From: an uncultured Elusimicrobia bacterium
GTDB lineage: Bacteria; Elusimicrobiota; Elusimicrobia; UBA1565
Assembly: GCA_964359165.1 (NCBI GenBank)
Contig: CAYHRV010000008.1
Coordinates: forward strand, 23,268-29,403
Length of the DNA stretch: 6,136 nt
Direction: 5' to 3'
Every line of letters begins with the position of its first letter. The stretch's first letter is position 1. Of this stretch, positions 1 to 5,669 are shown in pieces. Both the position numbers and the translations under genes were made by a program. Under the pieces are notes generated by a model. That model saw only the letters and a list, made by a program, of their open reading frames with translations, searched no databases and had not been told where the DNA came from.

Positions 1-47
1 CCCCGCGGCCCGCGCCCCGCCCCCCCCCCGCCCCCCCCCCGCCGGGG
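1..47. repeat. Low-complexity C-rich tract (C10-G-C10 and flanks)
   Basis: Bases 20-29 and 31-40 are C homopolymers separated by one G; flanks are CCCC/CGCG-rich. Confidence 0.85.
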
Positions 48-500
48 AGCACGGGTCCGGGCCCGGCCCGGACCTTCGCGCCCCTGGAGATTCCCGGCCT
101 GTCCATCGTCATCGGGCGCATGGCGGACCTCGAGCGCCGATTAGACGACTCGGAGAAGGCGCGCGAGCGCGAGCGCCAGGGCAGGCTCCTCTGGGAGAAC
201 AACATCCTGCACGCGCTCCGGGAGGCGCCCGAGCGTTGGAAGCGGGCGGGCGGCCCGGAGCTCCTGGTGGAGGCCTCTCTGGAGAGTTTGGTAGAGTCGC
301 TCAAGAAACGCGATGAGCTCGACTTGGAGATGACCCGGACCCTGGAGGCTTTGCGCGCCGAGCCGCCCGGTTCCGACCAAGAGCCCCTGCTCCGGGCGAA
401 GCTCGCGCAGTTGCGCAAGGCCATGGAAGACCTTCAGCCGGAGTTCGACAAGAAACTGGCCGTGGTGAACGCCTGGCTGGAGAAGAACAAGACCCGATGA
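3..500 (+). CDS. Partial hypothetical protein, Pro/Ala-rich segment followed by a charged, probably helical/coiled-coil C-terminus; open to the left window edge
   Basis: The ORF track starts at ATG 120, but the same frame has no stop back to base 3 (reads ...PRPAPRPPPAPPPPGSTGPGPARTFAPLEIPGLSIVIGRMADLERRLDDSEKARERERQ...), so ATG 120 may be internal. Stop TGA 498-500, 17 nt before motA. No family recognised. Confidence 0.55.
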   Translation, partial: PRPAPRPPPAPPPPGSTGPGPARTFAPLEIPGLSIVIGRMADLERRLDDSEKARERERQGRLLWENNILHALREAPERWKRAGGPELLVEASLESLVESLKKRDELDLEMTRTLEALRAEPPGSDQEPLLRAKLAQLRKAMEDLQPEFDKKLAVVNAWLEKNKTR

Positions 501-517
501 CGGAGTAGGAGCATCCA

Positions 518-1255
518 ATGGACATCACCAGCGTCGTGGGTTTCTTCGGATTCGCGGGGCTCATCCTCCTCGGCATAGCCGCCGGGGAGGTCACGAGCCT
601 TTTCATCAACGCGCACGGTATTATCATCGTCTTCGGCGGCACGGTGCTCGCGATGCTGATCAACACCCCCCTGCGCTATGTGCGGGAGACCATCGTCGCC
701 ATGGCCGGCCTGCTGCGCTCCGATTCCTTCGGGGACCCGGCCGCCCTGGTGCCGGTGCTCACGCGCCTGGCCGAGCAGGTGCAGGCCCGCGGCATCGGCT
801 CCCTGCGCGGCGTCGACGACCGGGTCGCGGGAGGCTTTCTGGCCCAGGCCGCGACCACGGCCATGGAATACAACAACCCGGACTTCGTGCGCAAAGTGCT
901 CGAGATGGAGGTCAACAACAAGGTGGACCGGGCCAATGAGATCATCAACGTGATCCGCACCGCGGGGGTGCTCTCGCCCATGTTCGGCCTCATCGGGACG
1001 CTCGTGGGGATCATCCACGTGCTCCAGCAGATCGCGGACCCGGCCAAAGCCGGCCCGGCCATGGCCGTGGCCATCACCACGGCCTTCTATGGGATCATCT
1101 TCGCGAATTTCTTCTGCGTCCCCGTGGCCGGCAAGCTGAGATTCCGTCTCTGGGAGGAGATCAAGGTCAAGGCCATGGTCATCGAGGGCGTGGTGAGCAT
1201 GATGCAGGGCGTGGTGCCTCTGGTGCTCGAGCGCCGCCTGCAGGCGTTCAAATAA
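518..1255 (+). CDS. motA: Flagellar motor stator protein MotA (MotA/PomA family)
   Basis: 245 aa. N-terminal membrane segment with INAHGIIIVFGGTVLAMLINTP, and the C-terminal TM pair SPMFGLIGTLVGIIHVL ... MAVAITTAFYGIIFANFFCVPVAGKL, typical of MotA including both conserved prolines. SD AGGAG at 507-511. Confidence 0.93.
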   Translation: MDITSVVGFFGFAGLILLGIAAGEVTSLFINAHGIIIVFGGTVLAMLINTPLRYVRETIVAMAGLLRSDSFGDPAALVPVLTRLAEQVQARGIGSLRGVDDRVAGGFLAQAATTAMEYNNPDFVRKVLEMEVNNKVDRANEIINVIRTAGVLSPMFGLIGTLVGIIHVLQQIADPAKAGPAMAVAITTAFYGIIFANFFCVPVAGKLRFRLWEEIKVKAMVIEGVVSMMQGVVPLVLERRLQAFK

Positions 1256-1938
1256 TGGCCGTCTATAGGTTCAGGAAAGAGGAGCTCGAGGCGCATCTCA
1301 ACCGGGGCGCCCTTTGGGCCGTCACCTACGGCGACCTCATGAGCTATCTCATGATCTTGTTCCTCATCATGCTCTCCTACACCCTTTCCAAGGAGACCAA
1401 GCCCCAGGACCAGCCCAAGATCGACCAGTCCCTCCTCCAGATACAGAGCGTTTTCGGCGGGAAGATCGACCCCAAGATCAAGGAAGCGGCGGACCAGAAG
1501 GACCGCGAGGTCTTCGCCTACCAGGAGCTCAAGAAGAACATGGAAGGCAAGGACGTCGGGATCATCATCACCGAGAAGAGCGTGCGCATGAACCTCAAGG
1601 ACGGCATCCTATTCGACTCGGGCAAGGCCGAGCTCAAGGAGGAGGCCCTGCCCGTGCTCAAGACCATCGCGACCGAGATGGTCAGCTTAAAGAACGAGAT
1701 CCGCGTCGAAGGCCACACCGACACGGTGCCCATCCGCGGCAAGCGTTTCGGCTCCAACTGGGAGCTTTCCATGGCGCGGGCCTACGCCGTGGTCCGGCGC
1801 ATGCAGGAGTTCGGCGTGGCTCCGGGGAGGCTTTCCGGCATAGGCTACGGAGAACATCGGCCCATCGGAGACAACGCCACCGCCGAAGGCCGCGCCAAGA
1901 ACCGCCGCATCGAGATCACCCTCCTGCGTTCCGAGTAA
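1255..1938 (+). CDS. motB: Flagellar motor stator protein MotB, OmpA-like peptidoglycan-binding C-terminus
   Basis: 227 aa. Single N-terminal TM with channel Asp (WAVTYGDLMSYLMILFLIML) and OmpA-like domain (LFDSGKAELKEEALPVL ... VEGHTDTVPI ... ELSMARAYAVVRRM ... GYGEHRPIGDNATAEGRAKNRRIEI). Start overlaps motA stop by one base (TAATG). Confidence 0.92.
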   Translation: MAVYRFRKEELEAHLNRGALWAVTYGDLMSYLMILFLIMLSYTLSKETKPQDQPKIDQSLLQIQSVFGGKIDPKIKEAADQKDREVFAYQELKKNMEGKDVGIIITEKSVRMNLKDGILFDSGKAELKEEALPVLKTIATEMVSLKNEIRVEGHTDTVPIRGKRFGSNWELSMARAYAVVRRMQEFGVAPGRLSGIGYGEHRPIGDNATAEGRAKNRRIEITLLRSE

Positions 1939-1943
1939 CAAGA

Positions 1944-1986
1944 CCGCCCTCGCGTCAAAAACCGACGGTTTTTGACGCGAGGGCGG
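1944..1986 (+). terminator. Strong terminator-like hairpin after motB (perfect 20-bp stem, 3-nt loop)
   Basis: Left arm CCGCCCTCGCGTCAAAAACC (1944-1963), loop GAC, right arm GGTTTTTGACGCGAGGGCGG (1967-1986), an exact reverse complement. Starts 6 nt after the motB stop. There is no T-tract after the stem, so canonical Rho-independent function is uncertain. Confidence 0.6.
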
Positions 1987-1999
1987 GATAATTTATCCT
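1972..1999 (+). promoter_or_regulatory. Candidate sigma70-like promoter for the regulator gene
   Basis: TTGACG (1972-1977), 16-nt spacer, TATCCT (1994-1999); an alternative -10 TACAAT (1999-2004) has a poor 21-nt spacing. Located in a locally AT-rich patch just before GTG 2011. Confidence 0.25.
1986..1998. repeat. Short perfect inverted repeat GGATAA-T-TTATCC, possible operator
   Basis: 6-bp arms around one central base, overlapping the candidate promoter. Function is speculative. Confidence 0.3.
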
Positions 2000-2010
2000 A
2001 CAATCCAGGG

Positions 2011-2700
2011 GTGACCCGCGCTCTCCTCCTGATCTCCGATCCCGGCTTGGCCGCCCGCCTGGGCCGCCTGTTGCGGGGGCTGGGATGTTCTTTCCAGGCG
2101 CTCGCGCACCCGGCCGCCCACCGCGACGGAGCCGAGATCGTCCTCGCGGCTTGGGGCGCTCTGGGGAGAGACCCCAAGGCCGCGGTCAAGCGGCTGTCCA
2201 AACGGACCGGAAAGGTCCTCCTGTTCCTCGATCCCGGGGAGTTCTTCGGCTCGGCCCTCTCCAAAGCGGTCTCCTGTGGAGCCGCCGATGTGCTCAACAC
2301 GGACTCGGGGGACCCGGTCCTGGCCGGGCGAATCGCCGCGGCGCTCACCGGCTCGCACGGCGAAGGGGAGGTCCTGCTCTCTCCCGCCGAGGACCTGCGC
2401 GTGGAGCGCGCCCGCCGCCGGGTCTCGCGGCGCAAGGGCCGGGGCTGGGTGGACGCGGGGCCTCTTTCCCCGCGGGAGTTCGACCTACTCTGCTTCTTCC
2501 TGGAGCATCCGGGGGCGGCGCTGCCCCGGGCCGTGCTCCTCGAGCGCGTATGGGGACGCAAAGCCGCGGAGGTCAATCCGGAGACGGTGGACCGCCATGT
2601 CGGCAATCTGCGCCGCAGGCTCGGCTCGGCCGGGGACATCCGGACGCTCCGGGGCTTCGGCTATCGTTTCGGGGAAGGGGCCGCGGCCCCGAAGTTGTAA
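2011..2700 (+). CDS. OmpR/PhoB-type winged-helix DNA-binding protein with degenerate receiver-like N-terminus
   Basis: C-terminal Trans_reg_C-type domain (LSPREFDLLCFFLEHPGAALPRAVLLERVWG ... NPETVDRHVGNLRRRLG ... IRTLRGFGYRF). N-terminus MTRALLLISDPGLAARLGRLLRGLG resembles a receiver fold. The track starts at TTG 1972 inside the hairpin; GTG 2011 gives a more plausible N-terminus. Confidence 0.8.
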   Translation: MTRALLLISDPGLAARLGRLLRGLGCSFQALAHPAAHRDGAEIVLAAWGALGRDPKAAVKRLSKRTGKVLLFLDPGEFFGSALSKAVSCGAADVLNTDSGDPVLAGRIAAALTGSHGEGEVLLSPAEDLRVERARRRVSRRKGRGWVDAGPLSPREFDLLCFFLEHPGAALPRAVLLERVWGRKAAEVNPETVDRHVGNLRRRLGSAGDIRTLRGFGYRFGEGAAAPKL

Positions 2701-2722
2701 GCAACGCGGAGGATTTTATAGC

Positions 2723-2749
2723 ATGGACCCAGGATTGATCTTTGCATGA
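2723..2749 (+). CDS. Candidate 8-aa leader/coupling mini-ORF (MDPGLIFA)
   Basis: ATG 2723, SD GGAGG 2708-2712 (10 nt upstream), stop TGA 2747-2749 overlapping the atpZ start as ATGA. Confidence 0.35.
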   Translation: MDPGLIFA

Positions 2750-2976
2750 CTCCTGATCGCGGGACCCGTCCCCAGAGACGCAGCGCCTGGGGACTCGCGC
2801 TCGGCGCGGGGAGCGAACTGGTCGTCTCGGTGCTGGCGGGAGTGTTCGCCGGCCGCTGGCTCGACGGCAGGCTCGGAACCCAGCCCTGGCTCGCGCTCTT
2901 GGGGACCGTGGCGGGCATCTCCCTTGGACTCTACCGGCTCATCCGAGAGACGGCCCCTTCAAAGGACGCTCCGTAG
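2746..2976 (+). CDS. atpZ: AtpZ/AtpI-family small membrane protein (F0F1 ATP synthase-associated)
   Basis: 76 aa with two TMs: LALGAGSELVVSVLAGVFAGRWLDGRLGTQPWLALLGTVAGISLGLYRLIRE. The G...G..LD..LGT.PWL.L.G...G...GLYR pattern and operon position support the call. Confidence 0.75.
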   Translation: MTPDRGTRPQRRSAWGLALGAGSELVVSVLAGVFAGRWLDGRLGTQPWLALLGTVAGISLGLYRLIRETAPSKDAP

Positions 2977-3328
2977 TGCGGCGGAAGGCGCGGCCCTGGC
3001 TCTGGCCCTCGCCTTGCCGTGCCGGTTCGTCCTCGACGGCGAGGCCGCGGGACACGCCTTCACCGGCCTGGCGGCCGCGTGGCTGATGTCGACGGGGAGC
3101 GTCGCGGCGCTCCTCTTCGCCCGGGAGTCCTCCTCCAAGGCGTTCTGGAGGGCCTTCGGCGGGGGGTTGGCGGCGAGGGTCGTGGTCTTCGCGGCCTTGG
3201 CGGTCTCGGTCCGGGGTTCGGATATGCGGACGCAGGCCGCGATGCTGGTGTCGTACGCGGGCGGGAACTTGGCGCTGCTGCTGTTGGAGTATAGACACCT
3301 GAGAAAGGACGGTACGACGGCGAAGTGA
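2924..3328 (+). CDS. atpI: Putative ATP synthase subunit I (AtpI-like), ~4 TM; start codon uncertain
   Basis: Roughly four hydrophobic segments and position immediately upstream of atpB. Track start is TTG 2924, 53 nt inside atpZ. Stop overlaps atpB start as GTGA (3325-3328). Confidence 0.55.
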   Translation: MDSTGSSERRPLQRTLRSAAEGAALALALALPCRFVLDGEAAGHAFTGLAAAWLMSTGSVAALLFARESSSKAFWRAFGGGLAARVVVFAALAVSVRGSDMRTQAAMLVSYAGGNLALLLLEYRHLRKDGTTAK

Positions 3329-4089
3329 ACTTCGAAAAGATACTCTCGCACCATCTCCTGGACCACGCGTTCTTCCCTCTCTTCGACCTGGGCGGAGTGC
3401 GTTTCGCCTTCACCAAGCACCTGCTCATGATGTGGATCGTGGGCTCCTTCCTCCTGGTCGCCTTCTCCTGGCTTGCCCGCACGCGCACCGGCGCGGGGCT
3501 CCTGGCCCGGGTCGCGCTCGAATCCCTGGTCCTCTACATCCGGGACGTGATCGTCGAGCCCGCCCTCGGGCACGCCGGGCGGCGCTATCTCCCCTATTTC
3601 TTGACGCTCTTCTTCTTCATTCTCTTCTGCAACCTGGCAGGCCTCCTCCCTTACGGCGCCACGGCCACGGGGAACATCTCCGTGACGGCCGGGCTCGCCC
3701 TGTGCACCTTCGGACTCATGCAGGTGGCCGGCGTGCGCGAGCAAGGCCTCTTCAATTACCTCAAGCACGTCGCGCCCAGCGGCATCCCGTGGTGGGTGCT
3801 TGTCATCCTCTATCCCATCGAGATACTGGGCATGCTGGTCAAGTGCATCGCGCTCACCATCCGTCTTTTCGCCAACATGATCGCCGGACACATCGTGGCG
3901 CTCTCCTTCCTCTCGCTGATATTCATCTTCGGAGAGATGAGCAGGCCGCTGGGGTTCCTGGTGTCGGTGCCGGCCGTGGGGCTCGCGCTTTTCATCACTT
4001 GCCTGGATTTGCTCGTGGCGCTGCTCCAGGCGTACATTTTCACGATGTTGACCGCGTTGTTCGTCGGAAGTTCGGTCCACCCGCACTGA
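3325..4089 (+). CDS. atpB: F0F1 ATP synthase subunit a
   Basis: 254 aa. Contains subunit a signatures: LFCNLAGLLPYGATATGNISVTAGLAL, CIALTIRLFANMIAGHIV with the essential Arg, and LLVALLQAYIFTMLTALFV. GTG start. Confidence 0.95.
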   Translation: MNFEKILSHHLLDHAFFPLFDLGGVRFAFTKHLLMMWIVGSFLLVAFSWLARTRTGAGLLARVALESLVLYIRDVIVEPALGHAGRRYLPYFLTLFFFILFCNLAGLLPYGATATGNISVTAGLALCTFGLMQVAGVREQGLFNYLKHVAPSGIPWWVLVILYPIEILGMLVKCIALTIRLFANMIAGHIVALSFLSLIFIFGEMSRPLGFLVSVPAVGLALFITCLDLLVALLQAYIFTMLTALFVGSSVHPH

Positions 4090-4166
4090 GAGCGGTCGTC
4101 GGCGCGGAGGTCGGTCGGGCGCACTCCCTGGAGGAGCGCCTATATTCGCCGCAGAGGAGTCATGAC

Positions 4167-4457
4167 ATGCTGTATCTAGGGTTGGGCTACGTCGGAGTCG
4201 GGATCGGAGTCGGACTGTGCGTCATCGGCGCCGCCTTCGGGATCGCGCGTCTCGCCGCCGCGGCGCTGGAGGGGACGGCCCGGCAGCCGGAGGCCGCGGG
4301 TTCGCTTCAGACCATGATGATCATCCCGGCGGCCATGATCGAAGGCCTCGGGCTGCTGGCGGTCGTCGCCGTGCTGCTGGCGGTGCTGGCCCTCAACAAG
4401 GGAGTGCCCTCGGCTTCCAATGGCGGGGAACCCCCGGCGGCCGTAGAGTCGCACTGA
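4167..4457 (+). CDS. atpE: F0F1 ATP synthase subunit c (proteolipid)
   Basis: 96 aa: MLYLGLGYVGVGIGVGLCVIGAAFGIARLAAAALEGTARQPEAAGSLQTMMIIPAAMIEGLGLLAVVAVLLAVLALNKG... Polar loop RQPE and ion-binding Glu59. SD GAGGAG 4154-4159. It is hidden in the track as the C-terminus of the over-extended ORF 3432..4457. Confidence 0.94.
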   Translation: MLYLGLGYVGVGIGVGLCVIGAAFGIARLAAAALEGTARQPEAAGSLQTMMIIPAAMIEGLGLLAVVAVLLAVLALNKGVPSASNGGEPPAAVESH

Positions 4458-4467
4458 TCCTTCCGCG

Positions 4468-4499
4468 CGTCCGGGAGGGCCGCAAGGCCCTCCCGGACG
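4468..4499 (+). promoter_or_regulatory. Intercistronic RNA hairpin between atpE and atpF (14-bp stem, GCAA tetraloop)
   Basis: CGTCCGGGAGGGCC (4468-4481), GCAA, GGCCCTCCCGGACG (4486-4499); arms are exact reverse complements. No T-tract follows, and atpF with its own SD starts 30 nt later. Confidence 0.7.
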
Positions 4500-4528
4500 G
4501 CGGGAGCGAGGAGTCTTTAAGGAGATCT

Positions 4529-5035
4529 ATGGAAAAACTGCTTCAGCCGGACACAGGCCTGATGTTCTGGACCATCGCCACTTTCCTGGGCCTAGTGTTC
4601 ATCCTGGGCCGTTTCGCCTGGGGCCCCCTGCTCAAGTCCATCGAGGAGCGCGAGGAGGGGATGCGCCGGGAGCGGGAGAAGGCCGAGGCCGCGCGCAAGG
4701 AAGCCGAGCGCATCCAGGGTGAGCTAGACCGGAGGCTGGGCCAGGCGCAGACCGAGGTCCAGGCGCTCTTGGCCCAGGCCGGGAAGGAGGGGGAAGCGCT
4801 CCGGGAGAAGCTCAAGAAGACCGGAGAGGAGGAGTCCGCGCGCCTGCTGGAGAAGACCCGCCTCCAGTTGGAGGAGGAGAAGGCGCGGCTGGTCGGAGAG
4901 CTCCGCCGCGAGGTGGCCGCCCTGTCCGTCCGGGCGGCCGAGCGCTTGGTCAGGAAGAGCGTGGACGCCGAGGTTAGGAAGTCGGTGATGGATAAGTTCA
5001 TGGAAGAAATAACGGATAAGAAAGGAAGGGGTTGA
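4529..5035 (+). CDS. atpF: F0F1 ATP synthase subunit b
   Basis: 168 aa: MEKLLQPDTGLMFWTIATFLGLVFILGRFAWGPLLKSIEEREE..., one N-terminal TM followed by a long charged helix. SD AAGGAG 4519-4524. The track ORF 4217..5035 is over-extended upstream. Confidence 0.93.
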   Translation: MEKLLQPDTGLMFWTIATFLGLVFILGRFAWGPLLKSIEEREEGMRREREKAEAARKEAERIQGELDRRLGQAQTEVQALLAQAGKEGEALREKLKKTGEEESARLLEKTRLQLEEEKARLVGELRREVAALSVRAAERLVRKSVDAEVRKSVMDKFMEEITDKKGRG

Positions 5036-5115
5036 TGAAACGGAAGTCGGCCCTCCAGAGGGAGAGAGCCCCCCGGACGGAGACAGACCCCCGCGGGGGG
5101 TCCGTCGAGTTATGA
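5035..5115 (+). CDS. Candidate 26-aa bridging mini-ORF (MKRKSALQRERAPRTETDPRGGSVEL) between atpF and atpH
   Basis: ATG 5035 shares a base with the atpF TGA (TGATG). Strong SD-like AGGAAGGGG at 5023-5031. Stop TGA 5113-5115 overlaps the atpH ATG 5112 as ATGA. Fills the whole intergenic gap. Confidence 0.45.
   Translation: MKRKSALQRERAPRTETDPRGGSVEL
5086..5102 (+). promoter_or_regulatory. GC-rich hairpin just upstream of the atpH start
   Basis: GACCCCC-GCG-GGGGGTC, 7-bp perfect stem with 3-nt loop. An alternative pairing adds GACGGA (5076-5081) with TCCGTC (5101-5106). It lies where a ribosome binding site for ATG 5112 would be expected. Confidence 0.4.
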
Positions 5116-5657
5116 ACCTCTCCGACCGGGTGTTGGCGCGGCGGTATGCGATGGCTTTTTGCTTGAGCGCGGCGGGCAAGGCGGCGGCGGGGGGGGAGGC
5201 GGAGGAAAAGGCCGTCGGGGAGTTGTTGCGGGCCGCCCATTCCCTCCAGGATGAGATGCCCTCGCTCAAGGATCCGCGCGTGAGCCCCGCGGAGAAGAAG
5301 GCGCTCATCAAGCGCGCCCTCCCGGACGCCTCCGCGCGCACGCTCCGATTCCTGGACCTCCTTATAGATAAGAAGCGCTTCGGCCTGCTTCCCCATGTGA
5401 CGGGGGACCTGGGCCGCATCCTCGATGAGCGCAAGGGGACCGTCCGGGCTTCGGCGCGCTCGGCCCACGATCTGGCGCCCGCGGAGGCCGAGGCCCTGAG
5501 GGCGCGTTTGGCGGCGTTCAGCGGCAAGAGCGTCGTCCTGGATTTCAAGACGGACCCGGAGCTGCTCGCCGGCGCCGTCGTGCGGATGGGAGACTGGGTG
5601 CTCGACGGGAGCCTGGCGGGACAGTTGCGGCGCTTGGGCGAATCGCTCATGAAATAA
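5112..5657 (+). CDS. atpH: F0F1 ATP synthase subunit delta (OSCP)
   Basis: 181 aa: RVLARRYAMAFCLSA ... FLDLLIDKKRFGLLPHV ... LDFKTDPELLAGAVVRMGDWVLDGSLAGQLRRLGESL, matching the delta/OSCP C-terminal signature. Confidence 0.93.
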   Translation: MNLSDRVLARRYAMAFCLSAAGKAAAGGEAEEKAVGELLRAAHSLQDEMPSLKDPRVSPAEKKALIKRALPDASARTLRFLDLLIDKKRFGLLPHVTGDLGRILDERKGTVRASARSAHDLAPAEAEALRARLAAFSGKSVVLDFKTDPELLAGAVVRMGDWVLDGSLAGQLRRLGESLMK

Positions 5658-5669
5658 GGGGAAGACCAC

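Noticed and set aside
518-1938. Zorya-like defence system (ZorA/ZorB are MotA/MotB homologues)
   Set aside because: The MotA here is of ordinary length with no long cytoplasmic tail, and no ZorC/D/E-like gene is present. A flagellar-type stator fits better.
2085-2738. 217-aa + strand ORF overlapping the regulator gene
   Set aside because: Arg/Gly-rich alternate frame of the gene with a clear winged-helix domain.
2959-4086. Long minus-strand ORF of 375 aa antisense to atpI/atpB
   Set aside because: Highly charged, low-complexity translation typical of the antisense of GC-rich membrane protein genes. The opposite strand encodes clear AtpB.
4162-4179. 5-codon ORF ATGACATGCTGTATCTAG overlapping the atpE start
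   Set aside because: The SD is only 2 nt from this ATG and about 7 nt from the atpE ATG 4167, which is properly spaced. Probably chance.
3432-4457. 341-aa + strand ORF as a single gene
   Set aside because: Only its last 96 codons (from ATG 4167) are meaningful, as AtpE. The upstream part is an out-of-frame reading of atpB.
4217-5035. 272-aa + strand ORF as a single gene
   Set aside because: The true product is AtpF starting at ATG 4529 with SD AAGGAG. The upstream part overlaps atpE out of frame and crosses the intergenic hairpin.
4487-5328. 13-nt exact repeat GCCCTCCCGGACG at 4487-4499 (hairpin arm) and 5316-5328 (inside atpH)
   Set aside because: Plausible chance match in very GC-rich sequence; the second copy is explained as coding sequence and has no partner arm nearby.
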